From Antedon mediterranea (lineage: Eukaryota; Animalia; Echinodermata), in assembly GCF_964355755.1 (NCBI RefSeq), contig NC_092672.1, forward strand, positions 30,758,437 through 30,822,436: DNA of 64,000 bases. The letters run 5' to 3'. The first letter of the stretch is position 1. Each line of letters opens with the position of its first letter. Of this stretch, positions 1 through 13,910 are shown in pieces. Both the position numbers and the translations under genes were made by a program. Below the pieces are notes generated by a model that was not told the origin of the DNA, did not search any database, and worked only from the letters and a program-made list of their open reading frames with translations.

Positions 1-1188
1 TTAAATTGAGTTAGATAATTAGTTATTGACGATTAAAACGAATTTAGGTTCAACGATTTGCCCAAAATAGGGGTGTTTACCGATCGTGGTATACACTGTC
101 TAATGGATGTCCAACTTGAAAAATACCCGCACACAATAATACGAGGACGCTTCGCATTTTCCTATCTCCTCCTACGATAATTGGTTTTAATAGCTGAAAA
201 CTGGTTGAACTGCTCGAGTACAGCATCATAATGTTGAAGACAGGCCGATTTTCTTTAAAAAATACTATTTTGATAGATTTAATTTACGTTTTTACAAATG
301 TATTGATTTGCGATGAATGGAACATTCCAATCTCTCAGTCTGCCAGTTTGGTTTAACACAAGTAGGTAAATTTATGAGCCCTTGGAGAATAAACTTGCAA
401 TACTTTGACAATACAGTACTGCAAATACCTATTAACCATTTTTGGTCGTCATTTGAATCGAACATTTCTTACTGTGAATACTGTTAGATGTAAAAAAATA
501 TATACAAACATTTCTTACTGTGAATACTGTTAGATGTAAAAAAATATATACAAATAAACTTTATTACTGTGATTATAGGTAGGCTCTACTGTTAGATATA
601 TAAACACGTAATATACAAATAAACTTTATTACTGACAGTTGCTTCTCAACGTTTGCATTAATTAATAATTACAAAAAATATAAACGTCGTAGTGGTGTAT
701 TATCGTTACATGTACTTTACTATTTCAATCGACTATGACAGTGGCAGTTTTAACAAAGTATTAAATCGCAAATGTTTTACTATATTTAGTCACCGTTAGT
801 GGTATATTATTTATAGGCCTATAAAAAATGAAAACAATATTTCGTTACTGACGTGGATAAAGAATATATTTAAAAATTGTTCCTCTTTGTACCTATCCTC
901 TTTCCCATCCCTCAACCCTAATTGGGTTTCTTTAAATGAATAAACAATTTGGACTCATTTTGTGGTAAGTTTCTCTTTCGGAAGTAATTCCCAGGGTGCT
1001 AATTTTGGTTGACTACATAAATCATTGTGTCTACTTATTCGTTTCTGTTGTAAACGACAATGTATTATAGTCCTGCGGTACGTGCATTTAAAATCGCCAG
1101 CTTTTTTACCCTGAAATTACTGTGTATTCGAGAATCATCTGTGGGCACGACCTAGATGGTACGCTCGCTTCGCTCGCGTACCATCTAG
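1..1188 (+). mobile_element. Non-autonomous Helitron (5' end outside window)
   Basis: Ends in hairpin CTAGATGGTACGC-loop-GCGTACCATCTAG followed by T. It is the reverse complement of 35670-36706 plus 44381-44525. The paralogous empty site near 18688 reads tca|ttgtcta (A|T target, no TSD). Confidence 0.8.
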
Positions 1189-1477
1189 TTGTCTACAATT
1201 TACAGAGAAAGAGGACGCGGTAGTTAATGGCGTGGGTTGATTGTCCGATACGTATGAGAAGATTATAACAATAAAGTATGTTAATAGCCTGGTGTATAAT
1301 AAGCAACACATCCAGGTATTATAAAATCATTTTTTAAATGTTAAATCCGTCTAAGAATCAACAAATTGATCTGGGCTGAGAAGAATCTAACATTTAGCAT
1401 CGAACATTCATTCACATTTTTTAGACGTATTGTAGGCCAAGTTCTAAGCACCTCATGGTATTATCATGGGTGTCAGA

Positions 1478-1609
1478 TGAAATCGGTCGCGCTTGAAATC
1501 GGTCGCGTTTGAAATCGGTCGCGATAAAATCAACTTCCAGTATTTTGTATGGCGCGCCGCTAGAGCTATACTTTTGATGATATCGGTCGCGTTTGAAATC
1601 GGTCGCGCT
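1478..1609. repeat. Five copies of 16-bp TGAAATCGGTCGCGNT, probably the subterminal repeats of a MITE-like insertion starting near 1468
   Basis: Units at 1478, 1494, 1510, ~1578 and ~1594. Homology with the paralogous flank (18690-18985) breaks at ~1468. Confidence 0.55.
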
Positions 1610-4600
1610 ATTTTGTATGGATCGAGCGGGATGCATGCTAGAGCGGGATATACATGTTTCGTTTATATAGCCTAGATTTAATTGATATTTTTTAGGAACT
1701 AGATTATTTATGTGGATATTGTTTACTTAGTTAATAAATATTTATTAAATCATTAAATAATTTTTTTTTTGTATTTCACAGGTCTCGGAGAAGGACTCTG
1801 TCTTTTCAAAATGGCCATTTCTAAAACACGTTTAAATATCATATTAATTACTTATTAGGCATAATGTTATATTAGGCATATAATAATTCCTCTATTTATA
1901 TGTACTGTAATTAATATATTATATAGAGAATATACGTATGTCGTGTCTTTTATTATGCAAACAATTACGTAAAACAGGACAATTTATTTAGTTGTACAAA
2001 AAATGATAAAAATATTGCTCAACTGGAACGATGTTATATCGGCGTCTAATCAAACTATATGCATAGCACATATACAGCATCATGCTTTATGTTATTAATT
2101 CTGTTAAATATAAAAGTGTTGAGGCTTTAATATTTCCCTTTGTAGGTTTAACGATGCTTCTATACCAGCCTTTCTTCGACCAGGGCTGGTTTAATAATAC
2201 TAGTTTAAAAAAAACAACAACGAATAGAATCAAAATCATGTGAAGTTGAAACATCTGAGAACAATTTTAACTACACACACTTTTTTTAAGTAGATAATCA
2301 TGTGATCAATAATGTGTCAAACATGAGTTAGTGCGATTGTATTTTTGATGAATTAAAATAAAGGGCTATGGACATCTCTGAGTGAAGACATACACTTGCT
2401 CTGTATAATATTTAATTCCCAACAGTTGATCATTCTGCAAAAGAAATGTAAGTTTTAAAACGAGCTATGCAATATTTACATAAAGCTATTTACTTAAAGC
2501 AAGGAGTGACGCGTTAGATGTGAGAGGTTATCGCGTTTGGTAATCACCTTATCACGTATGATGTCAGCTAGTAGCTATTATTGTTAGCTATGTCATTTTT
2601 TTTTTATAAATATCTATTTACTCAAAGCAGGGAAAAGAGGCACGCATTAGCTATTCGAGAGGTTATGGCGTTGGTTGATAACAACGTATGATTAGTTTTT
2701 AACAATGAACTACCGCATTATTAAAGGTGTATACTGAATATGTAACTTCCGATAGACTTGTTTAACAAATGCATTGAATGTGCACGTTGAAAATAAGGTA
2801 TCGATAGCGAATGCATCATATCAGACTGTTCTTTTAATATTTGTATTAATGATTTTTATAATTGTTAAAATATTGTAAGAATGATGTCGACTCAAACACT
2901 TGTTACTTGCAGAGACTGTGCTCATTTTAATAAAAATGTAATCATATAATAATATTTAGTATGGGTTCCAGACGAAGTTTTGACCTGATATTAGTAAAAA
3001 GATATATAATTTAGCGTATACTACTTGAGCTTTTAAACATCGAAACTCGAAATAACTACAGACTTGAGGCAAATCTAATAATATTATGAGAAAGAATTCG
3101 TTTTCATAGGAGTATTTTGCCCTAGCTATTGGCGTGTCCTCTAAGTGTTCCTGTGTGGTGATAATCATGGGTGTAATTTTCCTGAGAATTTATTTATTCG
3201 TTTTTTTCTTAGAAAATGGAAAGACTTTGAATAGGTCCGTTTGCTTTGCTGCTTTTTTGCCTTAGTCATACACAACACTAAGCACATTTTTTCATCTCGT
3301 TGTATACGGTACAGAGAGGCCCTGTGATTATTGTTATATTAAATAAATTGAATGCATGTTGTATGGAACCTAAATATTACTATTTTATAGTAATATTACA
3401 ATTATAAATAGAAAATAAAAGTGTATCTAAAAAAATAATACACTTGTTGTATGCGCAACATAATAACCGTAAAATCGGCAAAACTGAATACCCAGAACGA
3501 AACAAGAAAATAGCCGCAAACGAAGTACTGTACAAAATAAAAGACACTAGCCGACAATGTTTTGTTAAGTAGCCTAACCGTATCTGGTTATACATTTCTA
3601 ACTATATTTCCGTGACAGATTAGTAAGATTTAGTTAGGCAATTGTATTTACGGGACCTGAGTAATTATTATAGGGTATTTTGTAAACATTCATTATGTAG
3701 CCTAAGTTGATGATTATCCTAAGAGAGTCTAAATTACTGTTATGTACAGTATAACAGAGAGTTTGTACGAGTGTTTGCTTTGCTATAATACTACGCTATT
3801 GAGTATCAACATGACCGTACTAAAAGGTTTTAAACTATGAAAAATAAGCTCCCAAGATGAAGATTGGGTTGGGACGGGGACTTAATGTGATGTGGGGTAT
3901 CAATATGACCACAATTGTTCTACTGGGAAGGTTTTAAACTACATTTGAAACCTCAACTAACTAAATCCCTGAGCAAAAAAAAAAAAACAATGATAAAGAC
4001 AAGATAGATTGTATTGTATATGTAGAACTGGCCATTTTTATATATCGACGCCTTGGCTAAATTGCGATTCGCTTTACTGACAACAAGCATCCTGTAGGCC
4101 TATTCTACTGTCCCGAATCAGATATTAATAGGTAAGGTATTATTATTATTATTAAATCTACCATTATTTTGCTCATTTAAATTACAGATATGGGTTAAGA
4201 TAGATGAATGTACAATATGCATTCTGGAAAGTCAAAAGAAATATATCCAACTGACGTTTAAAATAAAGCTGATATATTATAGCGATATTTTTGCTTTTTG
4301 ACAATCCGCCAGGATAGTGTCTTGCGTTTTTCTATGCTTGTTTTTGTTTTATGTAATTTATGCTTTTTGTATTATTGTTTTTACTTTTCTGGATAATAAA
4401 TGAATATGAATATAGCTACTGTCTAAATTTACTGAGAAAGAAGGATGCGGTAGTTTATGGCGTGGGTTGATTGTTCGATACGTATGAGAAGATTATAACA
4501 ATAAAGTATGTTAATATAGACTAGATGTATATACTGTATTACTAAGCAACACAACCATAATTCAAATAAACGGTATTACTTTCGGTAGGCCTTTTATTAA

Positions 4601-5347
4601 CCTTTGGACACACAAGTAGTATAACTATCTAGAATATGATTGGTACATCTGTAATCATCACGATTTCATTGTTTATTGTTCGAATGTTTTGTGTTAAAGG
4701 CACACAGAATCCCAGGTCACGTTCAGCTTACAACAAAAATTGCAGGGAACATAACATGACGATAAACAAGATATAAAATAATAGAAAAGGCACTAAAAGA
4801 TGGACTAATTAGAATATTAAATCTGTCTAAGATTACAACTTAATTGATCTGGTCTTTAAAATTGAGAAGAATTTAACATTTTAATTAGCAATAAAGATTT
4901 CACCATTGAAAACTGTCATGGCAGAAAAAGTACATAATACATATTATAATTATGATTTTTGCCTTGCCTCACAGAATAAAAAATGTCAAAATTAGTATTA
5001 CGCAATGAAAGGAGATAACGCAAAAAAATGAAAGTGTGAAATAAAAAAATAAAAAAAAATTGCAAAAACCAAACCAACCAAATGAAAAGCAGTACGGTAG
5101 TACGATAGTTCATTGCTTGGCCGTACTCTAAGTAAGTATAGGCCAACATTTAGTGGGTAGTGGTCACCTCGTACCCAAACCAACTCGTACCCATTACATT
5201 TGTTGTGAAGCTGGTAAAGTAAATGTGCGAGCCCGTTTAAAGTAGTTTCGGAGCATTTTAATAGTGCGAACCCCTCTAATTGGTTGCGGAGCTCTTTAAT
5301 TGTGCAACCCTTTTGAACTTCGGGCTCTTTGGGGTTTTTTTTTCTTC

Positions 5348-6061
5348 TTTTGAGTCGCGTGGACGCGACTCTATAGTTCACTATGTCGGTCGGTCGGTCG
5401 GTCTGTCTGTCGGTCCGGTATCACTATGCGTTTTATCGCTTTCTGACCTTATCATCAGTTTAATCTAGCTAAGTCAATTTTTCACAGTATATTCCTTATG
5501 GCCAGGAATCGATGTGGTTATGTTTTCACGGTGCGCAATAAAAAATGACGCGGTCTACGCACGATTTAACGAAATCACGTTTGTAATCATATCTTCACAA
5601 CCATGAATCACAATTAAATAAAATTTGGTACTCATAAATTTCAGGGCATAAATCATCATATGGCAATACAATTACGTGCGTAGCGCATGTAACGCATGCT
5701 TACGCGCGCTTAACATTTTCAAAAATTTGTTTTCGATGAAATAAGAGTACGTTTCAGTCAATTTTAAGCGTTTACAGAATTGCCAGGAGAGCGCAGATTT
5801 TGCGCGCACACTGCGCGTTAAATTTTATTGCGCACTCTTATTGCCCGATTTCTGTTTTCTTGACTTACTTTTCATCAACTCGAAATTACGTTATATGAGC
5901 ACGTCAAAAGTGACAGGCTACGCACGTGTAAATTAAAAAAATGTTTTTAAACATTTCAACATTTTTAAACATGTTCAGTAATTTCGGTCAGTTGGTAGGT
6001 TGGTCGGTCGGTCGGTAAACACTAATAAGCACGCGACTGCAGCCATCTATATGGGCTTGTT
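5348..6061 (+). mobile_element. Helentron-associated non-autonomous element (HINE/DINE-1-like)
   Basis: Subterminal inverted repeats AGTCGCGTG...CACGCGACT, a (GTCG/GTCT)n microsatellite, a short 3' hairpin and a T-rich target. Absent from the duplicated block (~26070). Near-identical copy at 60073-60890. Confidence 0.75.
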
Positions 6062-7020
6062 TCTTCTCGTTTATATCCTGCTTTACAGTTACGAGTCACT
6101 ACAACATCATAAGCCAGGTGCCTCTAAAAAATACTTGTTTTGTTATTTAATATTTGGTGTTACGAGAGATTATATTATGACAGTAGCAAATGGAAGCAAA
6201 AAGAAAGACAAAAAAAATGCAACAAAGCCTATATGTATTACTATATTTTATTAATAATAATTATTAAGTAATACAAATATAGACTAATCTACTTCAAAAT
6301 AATATGGTGTCACAGGTCTACATGGAAAACGTTTAACTTTAAGTTAATATAATTGAATAAAAACATAACGCTGCAAAAAATTAGGCCCTAAATGAAACTG
6401 CTAATAATAAAAAAGAAACAAAGTCTGTTTCTATATTTATAAAATCTAGTATAGATCAAAACAGAATATACTGTATAGAATATGACACTATTTAGCAATA
6501 ATACGTTTAATAAACTTAGAAGAAACTTTAAACAAATAGCTTAATCCACATCGTACCAGTACACCTTGCCAACAAACAATTATTGTAATTAACTTAATAT
6601 ACAATGCAAGTACACCAAACTCAATCTACTATCAAAATCACAAGTTGCAATTATCTAAGCATACTTAGACACTAATTGTTTTACGTATAAAAAAAATACA
6701 AATTTTTCAAATTTAATTTTAGAATTTACATTATATTCAAACTATTAAAATTGAGGTATAGTTTAAAAACCAACTGTACGATCGATTTATCGGCAATAAG
6801 GTAATAATATGGTTTCTTTGGTCTGTATTCCAATGATTGGTTGAAATCAATTGGTTCTTTCAATGTTGTTATTGTACTAAATTTATACCTTAAATATGTG
6901 TAATATATCTACCAGTTTGAGCAGCAGTTTTAACGTTTTCTAACATTTCTTGAAATTACCATATTTGTCAAAAGTTAGCTTTGTAGGCATTGAAAATGGT
7001 TTCATTAGTTTTGTACATAA

Positions 7021-7839
7021 TTAAGTCACATTTGATGCCTGCATGTATGTCTATCATTGCATTAAGTCACATTTGATGCCTGCATGTATGTCTATCATTG
7101 CATTAAGTCACATTTGATGCCTGCATGTATGTCTATCATTGCATTAAGTCACATTGGATGCCTGCATGTATGTCTATCATTGCATTAAGTCACATTTGAT
7201 GCCTGCATGTATGTCTATCATTGCATTAAGTCACATTTGATGCATGCATGTATGTCTATCATTGCATTAAGTCACATTGGATGCCTGCATGTATGTCTAT
7301 CATTGCATTAAGTCACATTTGATGCCTGCATGTATGTCTATCATTGCATTAAGTCACATTTGATGCCTGCATGTATGTCTATCATTGCATTAAGTCACAT
7401 TGGATGCCTGCATGTATGTCTATCATTGCATTAAGTCACATTTGATGCCTGCATGTATGTCTATCATTGCATTAAGTCACATTTGATGCCTGCATGTATG
7501 TCTATCATTGCATTAAGTCACATTGGATGCCTGCATGTATGTCTATCATTGCATTAAGTCACATTTGATGCCTGCATGTATGTCTATCATTGCATTAAGT
7601 CACATTGGATGCCTGCATGTATGTCTATCATTGCATTAAGTCACATTTGATGCCTGCATGTATGTCTATCATTGCATTAAGTCACATTTGATGCCTGCAT
7701 GTATGTCTATCATTGCATTAAGTCACATTGGATGCCTGCATGTATGTCTATCATTGCATTAAGTCACATTTGATGCCTGCATGTATGTCTATCATTGCAT
7801 TAAGTCACATTGGATGCCTGCATGTATGTCTATCATTGC
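7021..7839. repeat. Minisatellite, 20 x 41 bp (TTAAGTCACATT[T/G]GATGCCTGCATGTATGTCTATCATTGCA), in the 3' UTR of gene A
   Basis: Exact 41-bp period from 7021 to the last unit at 7800; no spacers. Confidence 0.97.
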
Positions 7840-7864
7840 TGATTGTCGGTATCAACCTGGAGCG

Positions 7865-10800
7865 TCACACTTGATTCTGAAAAAGAGAAAAACCGAGAAT
7901 ATATACTTGTATCCATAAATTTATATACTATAGGCTACAATGAATCTAAAATATATCTGTATTATATCTATTTTTTTTAATATCGTCATTGTAAACATTG
8001 TCAATATCATGAAAATGAGAACCAAGTAAAATTTAATAGAGAAAACGAAAAATGATATATGATATAATAAAACTAATAAATTACAAATTGGTTACCAGTT
8101 ATAAACTAATGGTATCTCTTTTTTTTTTACACACAACACAATGTCAGCAGCACCAGTAAAGCATGCATTGTTATTGTTCTTTATTACAAAACATGACATG
8201 TACATTTCCTATTAAATGTAGTAATGCTAAGATAATTTAATAAACCAAATAAAATTACTCCTTACATTTTCCAGCTCTTCAATATTCCTAATCAAGGTGT
8301 TGATATTTTCCTCATATTTTAATGTTTTTAAAAAATCAATATAAAATCTACCAGCAATCAATTGCTGGATTAGTGAATCCCTTTTCGTTTCATATGACTC
8401 CATTTTCAAAGGAATGAACGTTTTGCCGTGCTCCAAAATTCTGTCACATTCTGAATTGTCAAAAAAAAAAGATTTGATAAACAAATTAACATGAAAAATT
8501 GATGATAGTCATTTCTATGAATTTTCTTTATCTTTCTTTTCATTGAAACCCCATTTTTTTCAGTCATCATAGAAAAGAAAATTAAAATGTCTGTATTAGA
8601 GAATGTGTTTGTTACTCTGCTACCTGTAATAAGTTTGTATTTACCGAATTCCCAGTATTCGCTTTCTTCGTAGGCTTTCGATGTACACAATAGAACTATG
8701 CTTGAGTCGCATATAGCTTTATCTAGAGATTGAGACATACGTCCAGACATGGTTCTTTTATCAATACAGATTTTATGTGTATCTTTCAACCTCTTCTTTA
8801 AGCTATTATCAATTAATCCGACAGTCCTAAAAGTGGAAACTTCCGTTAAATATTTATTGTCCCCCAAAAACATGATAATTTGACTTTCAATAGGCCAAAG
8901 TTAATCACTTAAATAAATAAAAACAAAATAAAAAATGTTTTCACTTAAATAATGACAAAACAAACGGTTAAATTTAACCAAAAACCCATTGTCTGACAGA
9001 CAATTAATTTATCTATTTTTGGCTTTAAATTACATTTTTTTCCTTCAGGTAAATCGTTTTTTTTTTTTTTTGTTGGCGTTTCAATTTTTGGTCACAAAGT
9101 GAATAACTATTATTTAACATTAAAATAGCATATTAAAAAAAAAAATGTAAGAAAATGTATTTTTGATAGGGACAGTATATCTTTAAGAATATCTGGAGCA
9201 ATAATTGTGGAATTAAAAAAATATGGAGTTTGAAGGATGGTATTTTCCTAAATTTTTTTGGTATTAGAAAAAAAATGTCAATAAATTCAGTCAAATAAAG
9301 TAAAAAACGATCAACAGTTATTCTCTTACATCTGCTACAAATAATATTATATGTTTTGACAATTACAAAATTAATACAAAAATGCACTTGCCCACTCTGG
9401 TTGTGACTGTAGCTAATCAATATTTGCTTCTGAAAGCAATGAAACAACTCGAATTATGAAACTTGTAATTTAAATAATATTAATATACGATTATTACAAA
9501 TTACAAAAAAATATTGTACGTATATTTCTACCTTTTGTTTTGTTTTCAACATTTCAGGCTGTTCTTTGCTTGTACTCACTGAAATAAAATTTTTTTTTTT
9601 TAAACTGCATTCCACTAGAGCACAGATGCAAAAACGAAAAAGTGCATGGGTGTGAAATATTCTACGTATACTTTACAGTTCTAATTTCTTTTCTTTCTAT
9701 ATCATTAATATATTTACCTCGTGTTCTTTTCTGTTTTGAAGTAGATTGTCCAGAGTCTTAAAATAATATAATAAAATATAGTAATAATATTATTATATAA
9801 ATTTATAATATTATTATATTATAGCGTCATTCCAACGATCATTGCTCATAGCGCTGTGGACTTTGATGTTACAATTTTCAAAAAAATACTTCTCCACGTC
9901 ATGTCAGTGCTGCCAATTCTAGCGTCCATTCGTCTTATCTGTCCACGACAGTGAATGTGTGAGCTAGTACACCGGGGCAACGCTCTACTCGTCTCGAAAG
10001 ACGTACTAGGTCATTTAAAGTGCACACGAGCATTTTGTGTACTCTGGACCTACGATTTATAGTATTTATCGGAGACGACGTAAACATTATTAATTTAATT
10101 TTTTTAATTAAAAAAATTATTATCCGAGAAGACAAGATAAATGAATACTTAACATGATTAATACATTTTTCAGTAATAGTAAGCCTTTAGCAAACTAATA
10201 GAGTATTTTTGTTTACATTTTCAATTTTAAAATTTGAAGAATAAATATTTTCAACCTGAGTTACCATCGTTGTCTGAGGTCGTTAACCTCTGTCTTTTCC
10301 GGGTTCCTTTTGATGCAGATGCTATAATAAAAAAAAGTATATATTTCTTTTTATACAGTATGGTTGTACATTATAAGAGCCTACAAAAACATATTAAAGC
10401 TACATTTTGTTTATAATTAATAATAGTTTTGTCCAAAAAATAAAAATTTAGAGATTTGACTGTTCATTTCTATCAAATCAGTAACAAGCATTAAATGTTT
10501 TATAATTTTTGTAACAATTTTACAGGCTTTCAGTTACTTATATTATCTTCTACAATAATTAACTCTTTCTTTTTCGAGCTCCTGTTAGAGTAGAAACTTG
10601 ATTAGTAATATAATTAAAATAATAATAAATGAGTAAATAGTATATAAATAATGAATGTTTATGAGTGTAATGTTACAACTAATGAGGTGAATGATGAAAT
10701 GTTATATTAATATATAACCTTAATATTGCACGACATGTACCCACAATCGTTCTATGAAATGACAGGAATTTCTTTAGGTGTTATATAATACAGTTTATAC

Positions 10801-11937
10801 ACGTTTACACTTATTGTAAGGTCTTACAACAATATATATTATGCAATGTATATATTATCATATAGGTTGACATAAATAGTACGATAATTAATTACGGGTA
10901 AAGTTTTAATTTCTCAATGTTAAATTTTAATTTGTTTTATTTTTAAATAACATGTTAACCTTTAGAAACAAATTTCATATTTTTTAAACATGTTAACGTA
11001 ATATGCCGAAATAAATAAATAAATCTGAGTCTTAATATGAAAAGCTGTGTGTGAATACAAAGTTAAAAAAGTTAATTACAAAAAAAAAAGAGTTGACATA
11101 TATCTAGTATACATATTTTTTTTTTTAATATATAATAGTTCAAGTTTAATTGCAATGAACTTTGGATGTGAAAACAGAATCAGTGTGTTTTCATGAAATA
11201 TTGGAGACCAAGATACACATAATCAGAAACTTTGAGGGTATGGTATGGGATATTTCCATCTTGACTTTATCATGCCTTTTTTTACTGTCCGTCTAATCTG
11301 TTTTACATGTTTGTATACAATGTATTTAAATTAGAAATGCAATTGTTTTATTTACAATGTTATTATAAAGACATACCGTTTGTGTTTGCAAAAAAATCTC
11401 TTTTGCATCTTCGTCAAGAATCTTTGCAAAATGCTTCATTTTCTCTATGTCACCCTCTTCTACATCGTTATTACCTTCCAGCATAAATACCAAATCCCAC
11501 TTATTTTTAAAATCAGCAGGATTTAAACCATAGTGACCGGGCATCGTTGCTAATAAATCAGTCGTATTTGAGCGTAAAGCTTTGAAGAGATTTTTTCGAT
11601 ATTCTGATATTGGTTTACCTCTTGTAAAATTGTAGTTTTTGTTGTTGTTTTTATGTTTTTGTTTGAACTTCTGTATAATCTGTAAAGCGCGCGTCTCTTT
11701 TGTTACTTCTGCAATGTCTACTAATATTTCTACATCTGTACAGGATGCATCATTAGGCTCGTACGAAATATAACCCATGTCTGTGAGTTGATTAAATAAA
11801 TCGTGTCCTGTGACAATTCGTCTGCTTAACAGTTCTCCAGTACAGTGATCGTATAGTAGAAGTCTTAGCCAAAACAATTTTTCACCTGTATATATTTTAC
11901 TTATATCTGCAAGTAATCCTGGAAATTCGAATGACAT
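7865..11937 (-). CDS. Gene A: tandem-DED / basic-acidic linker / TIR protein (multi-exon, with a 1-nt phase break after the DED exon)
   Basis: Exons: 11937-11377 (tDED: FPGLLADIS..., ISEYRKNLF), possible microexon 10581-10564, 10321-10256 (SKGTRKRQR), 9756-9718, 9578-9532, 9429-9392 (KQILISYSH, GC donor), 8826-8645, 8450-8266 (ECDRIL..FIPLKME..RFYIDF), 7876-7865 (NQV*). Phases are consistent from 10321 onward, but the DED exon ends in phase 0 while the next exon needs phase 1. Confidence 0.75.
9785..10082 (-). mobile_element. 5'-truncated Nin/Deu-domain SINE with L2-like tail (intronic)
   Basis: Minus strand reads GATAAATACTATAAATCGTAGGTCC...GTGCACTTTAAATGACC...TCGAGACGAGTAGAGCGTTGCCCCGGTGT, resembling the Deu/Nin core as I recall it, and ends AGCGCTATGAG...GACGCTATAAT(AAT)n. 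Confidence 0.6.
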
Positions 11938-12719
11938 TTTCTAGAATAACGAAAACAAATTGAAAACAATATTTTACTTCAATTAATAACACGGGGCTTA
12001 TGTGTATTATTTTTCCAATGACATTAAAATGCTAACTTGTATTGGTATGTTCGAACAATAAATTTATGATTTGTTTGTTACCAGTTATCGTTAATTATAA
12101 GTTCCTGGTAAATTCATTTTCTCAAAGCATTAAATTTTTATTATTACTGCATTATTTCTATTGCTAGTATTGTTATTATTATCGTTACAATTATTATGAT
12201 ACATTTTACTGATTTTATTTGTTTATTTATTTACTTTTTTATTTCAAATTTATTCATTTAAAGGGGCTTTGTGTCTAAAGCTTTTGCTTATAGGTTATTC
12301 TATTCAAAACTTCAAATAATTTTGTATTTATTTTGTATTTAATAATATTCAAAAATATAATTATTATATAATTATGTATAATATGAGATTGTGAATAAAG
12401 TAATATATTATAATATATTATATAGAACTATCATAAAAATAGAACGCATCCCATCTGCCCTACTGCTTCTAAAATTTTACCTAAGTTGTAAACATGTTAT
12501 AATAATAATTCAGGTATATTTATTGTCCAAAAACGATCAATGATACAAATAGCCAAAAGGCTGAAACCGTAACATTTTACATTAAAAAGGTTAAAATGTA
12601 TAAGAAAATGTATATATGTAAAAATATATAAAATTAAATATAAAAACAGTAAACGACATTCATATAATTTAACTGAGTTAAAATAAAATCTAATCATTAA
12701 GGAGTCTGATTAGGGCTGG

Positions 12720-13370
12720 AATAGCTGACTTGCGGCGTCTCTCAGTACGACAAAATATATGTGGTATAAACACATACCAAGTCATCTAAAGGAGCATTGC
12801 ATTTACGTAAAATATACAAAATGAAAATGTTACGGGAGGCCCTAGATATAATATCAGCAACATGGGAATCACATTTCAAGTCGCTCTGCAAAGTTACGCC
12901 CATTACCCAAATCGGACCTAGGAACAGTAACATAGCTAACATGCAAGAAGTGAACAACCATAACCATTTCGATGGTATCGGAAGCATGATTATTAGTGCA
13001 CCGGAGTTCAAACTCACTAAGTATACATTGCATAGAGCTGAATAACTACCTTTTTTAACAATCCAATGGTAAGGTCGTCAACATATTTCCATCGCCTGCT
13101 GTTTCCCTCACAAGCATCAATGAGGGTGAGAAAGAGCACAGGCTCCCCAACCTCGTACATTGCGGTACCCCACAAGTAATTTGACGTGTAGATGATATAT
13201 TAGTGCCAATTTTGGAATTAATAACTCTATTAGAAAGGAAAATGCAGACAATGGGTGTGATTGACGGTTTAGACACCAATGGAAATCATCTTATAAATCA
13301 AAACAGTGTGGCCAACGCTTTGGCGAAATATATAGCACAAACATTGACGTTATATATTATTGAAAAGTTA
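12720..13370 (-). mobile_element. Degenerate non-LTR retrotransposon RT fragment
   Basis: Frameshifted ORFs 13055-13279 (ITCGVPQCTRLG) and 12742-13017 (GVTLQSDLK..HV..II.RAS....YILR). Confidence 0.8.
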
Positions 13371-13669
13371 TAATGTGTATGCATTGTAGTCCCTTCGACG
13401 AATAAACAATAATTTTTTCTAAAAGTTTAATCCCATGCATTGGTTTATATTATATTACTGCAAATTGTGTTTTAATAACCGTATGATACACGTTAGGCCT
13501 AAATGTTTAGACGTCCATACGCCTAAGTTCTAAGCGTCCGTAGTAAAATAAATATTAGGTTGGATATAACCGCATGTAGTTAGACTGGATTTCAGATTTT
13601 ATTACACAAAGGTCAAAATATAGATGGGCCTAATATAGAATTAATAATTTAAAGGTTTACACACAATGC

Positions 13670-13910
13670 TTACGGTAAATTTAATACTGTCTCACAATCT
13701 CAATCCACCGACTTTGTTCAGGATACAGACTTAAACCATACAGTATCGTGTTTTTTGTTGTAAAATGGCGTGTCTACCCAGAATCCTCATGAATATGTAA
13801 TAGAATAAATGATGTATTGTCATGACCCACTTCCGTTTAATTCAATTGGAAATTCCAATATGACAAATATAGGCAACTGCTTTGGACAAAAGACTACTAC
13901 TACTACTATC
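13670..13910 (-). promoter_or_regulatory. Putative promoter and non-coding first exon of gene A
   Basis: GTAAG donor at ~13673 (minus), YY1-like AAAATGGCG 13762, ETS-like ACTTCCG 13829 and kB-like GGAAATTCC 13848. The three motifs are conserved in the paralogous copy at ~24150-24330. Confidence 0.4.

Larger units (their letters stand above)
1985..9670. repeat. Segmental duplication block, paralogous to ~24335-29290
   Basis: Long colinear matches, e.g. 2019 ctcaactggaacgatgttatatc = 24361, 6100-6330 = 26110-26340, and the TIR exons of genes A and C. Confidence 0.9.

Noticed and set aside
2956-3269. Minus-strand ORF pair (MTKAKKQQSKR... frameshifted into ORF 2956-3168) downstream of a gene-B-like promoter copy
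   Set aside because: Frameshifted and not convincingly similar to the DED or TIR exons; may be a decayed exon but cannot be supported.
4916-6254. Several 60-127-aa ORFs
   Set aside because: Low-complexity frames across a HINE and intergenic DNA; not preserved in the duplicated block.
7021-7839. 41-bp repeat array as a CRISPR array
   Set aside because: Units are contiguous with no unique spacers, there are no cas genes, and the context is eukaryotic; it is a minisatellite.
10720-10772. Candidate small exon that could repair gene A's phase
   Set aside because: The acceptor or donor is weak in each reading and there is no counterpart in genes B or C; a homopolymer indel is the simpler explanation.
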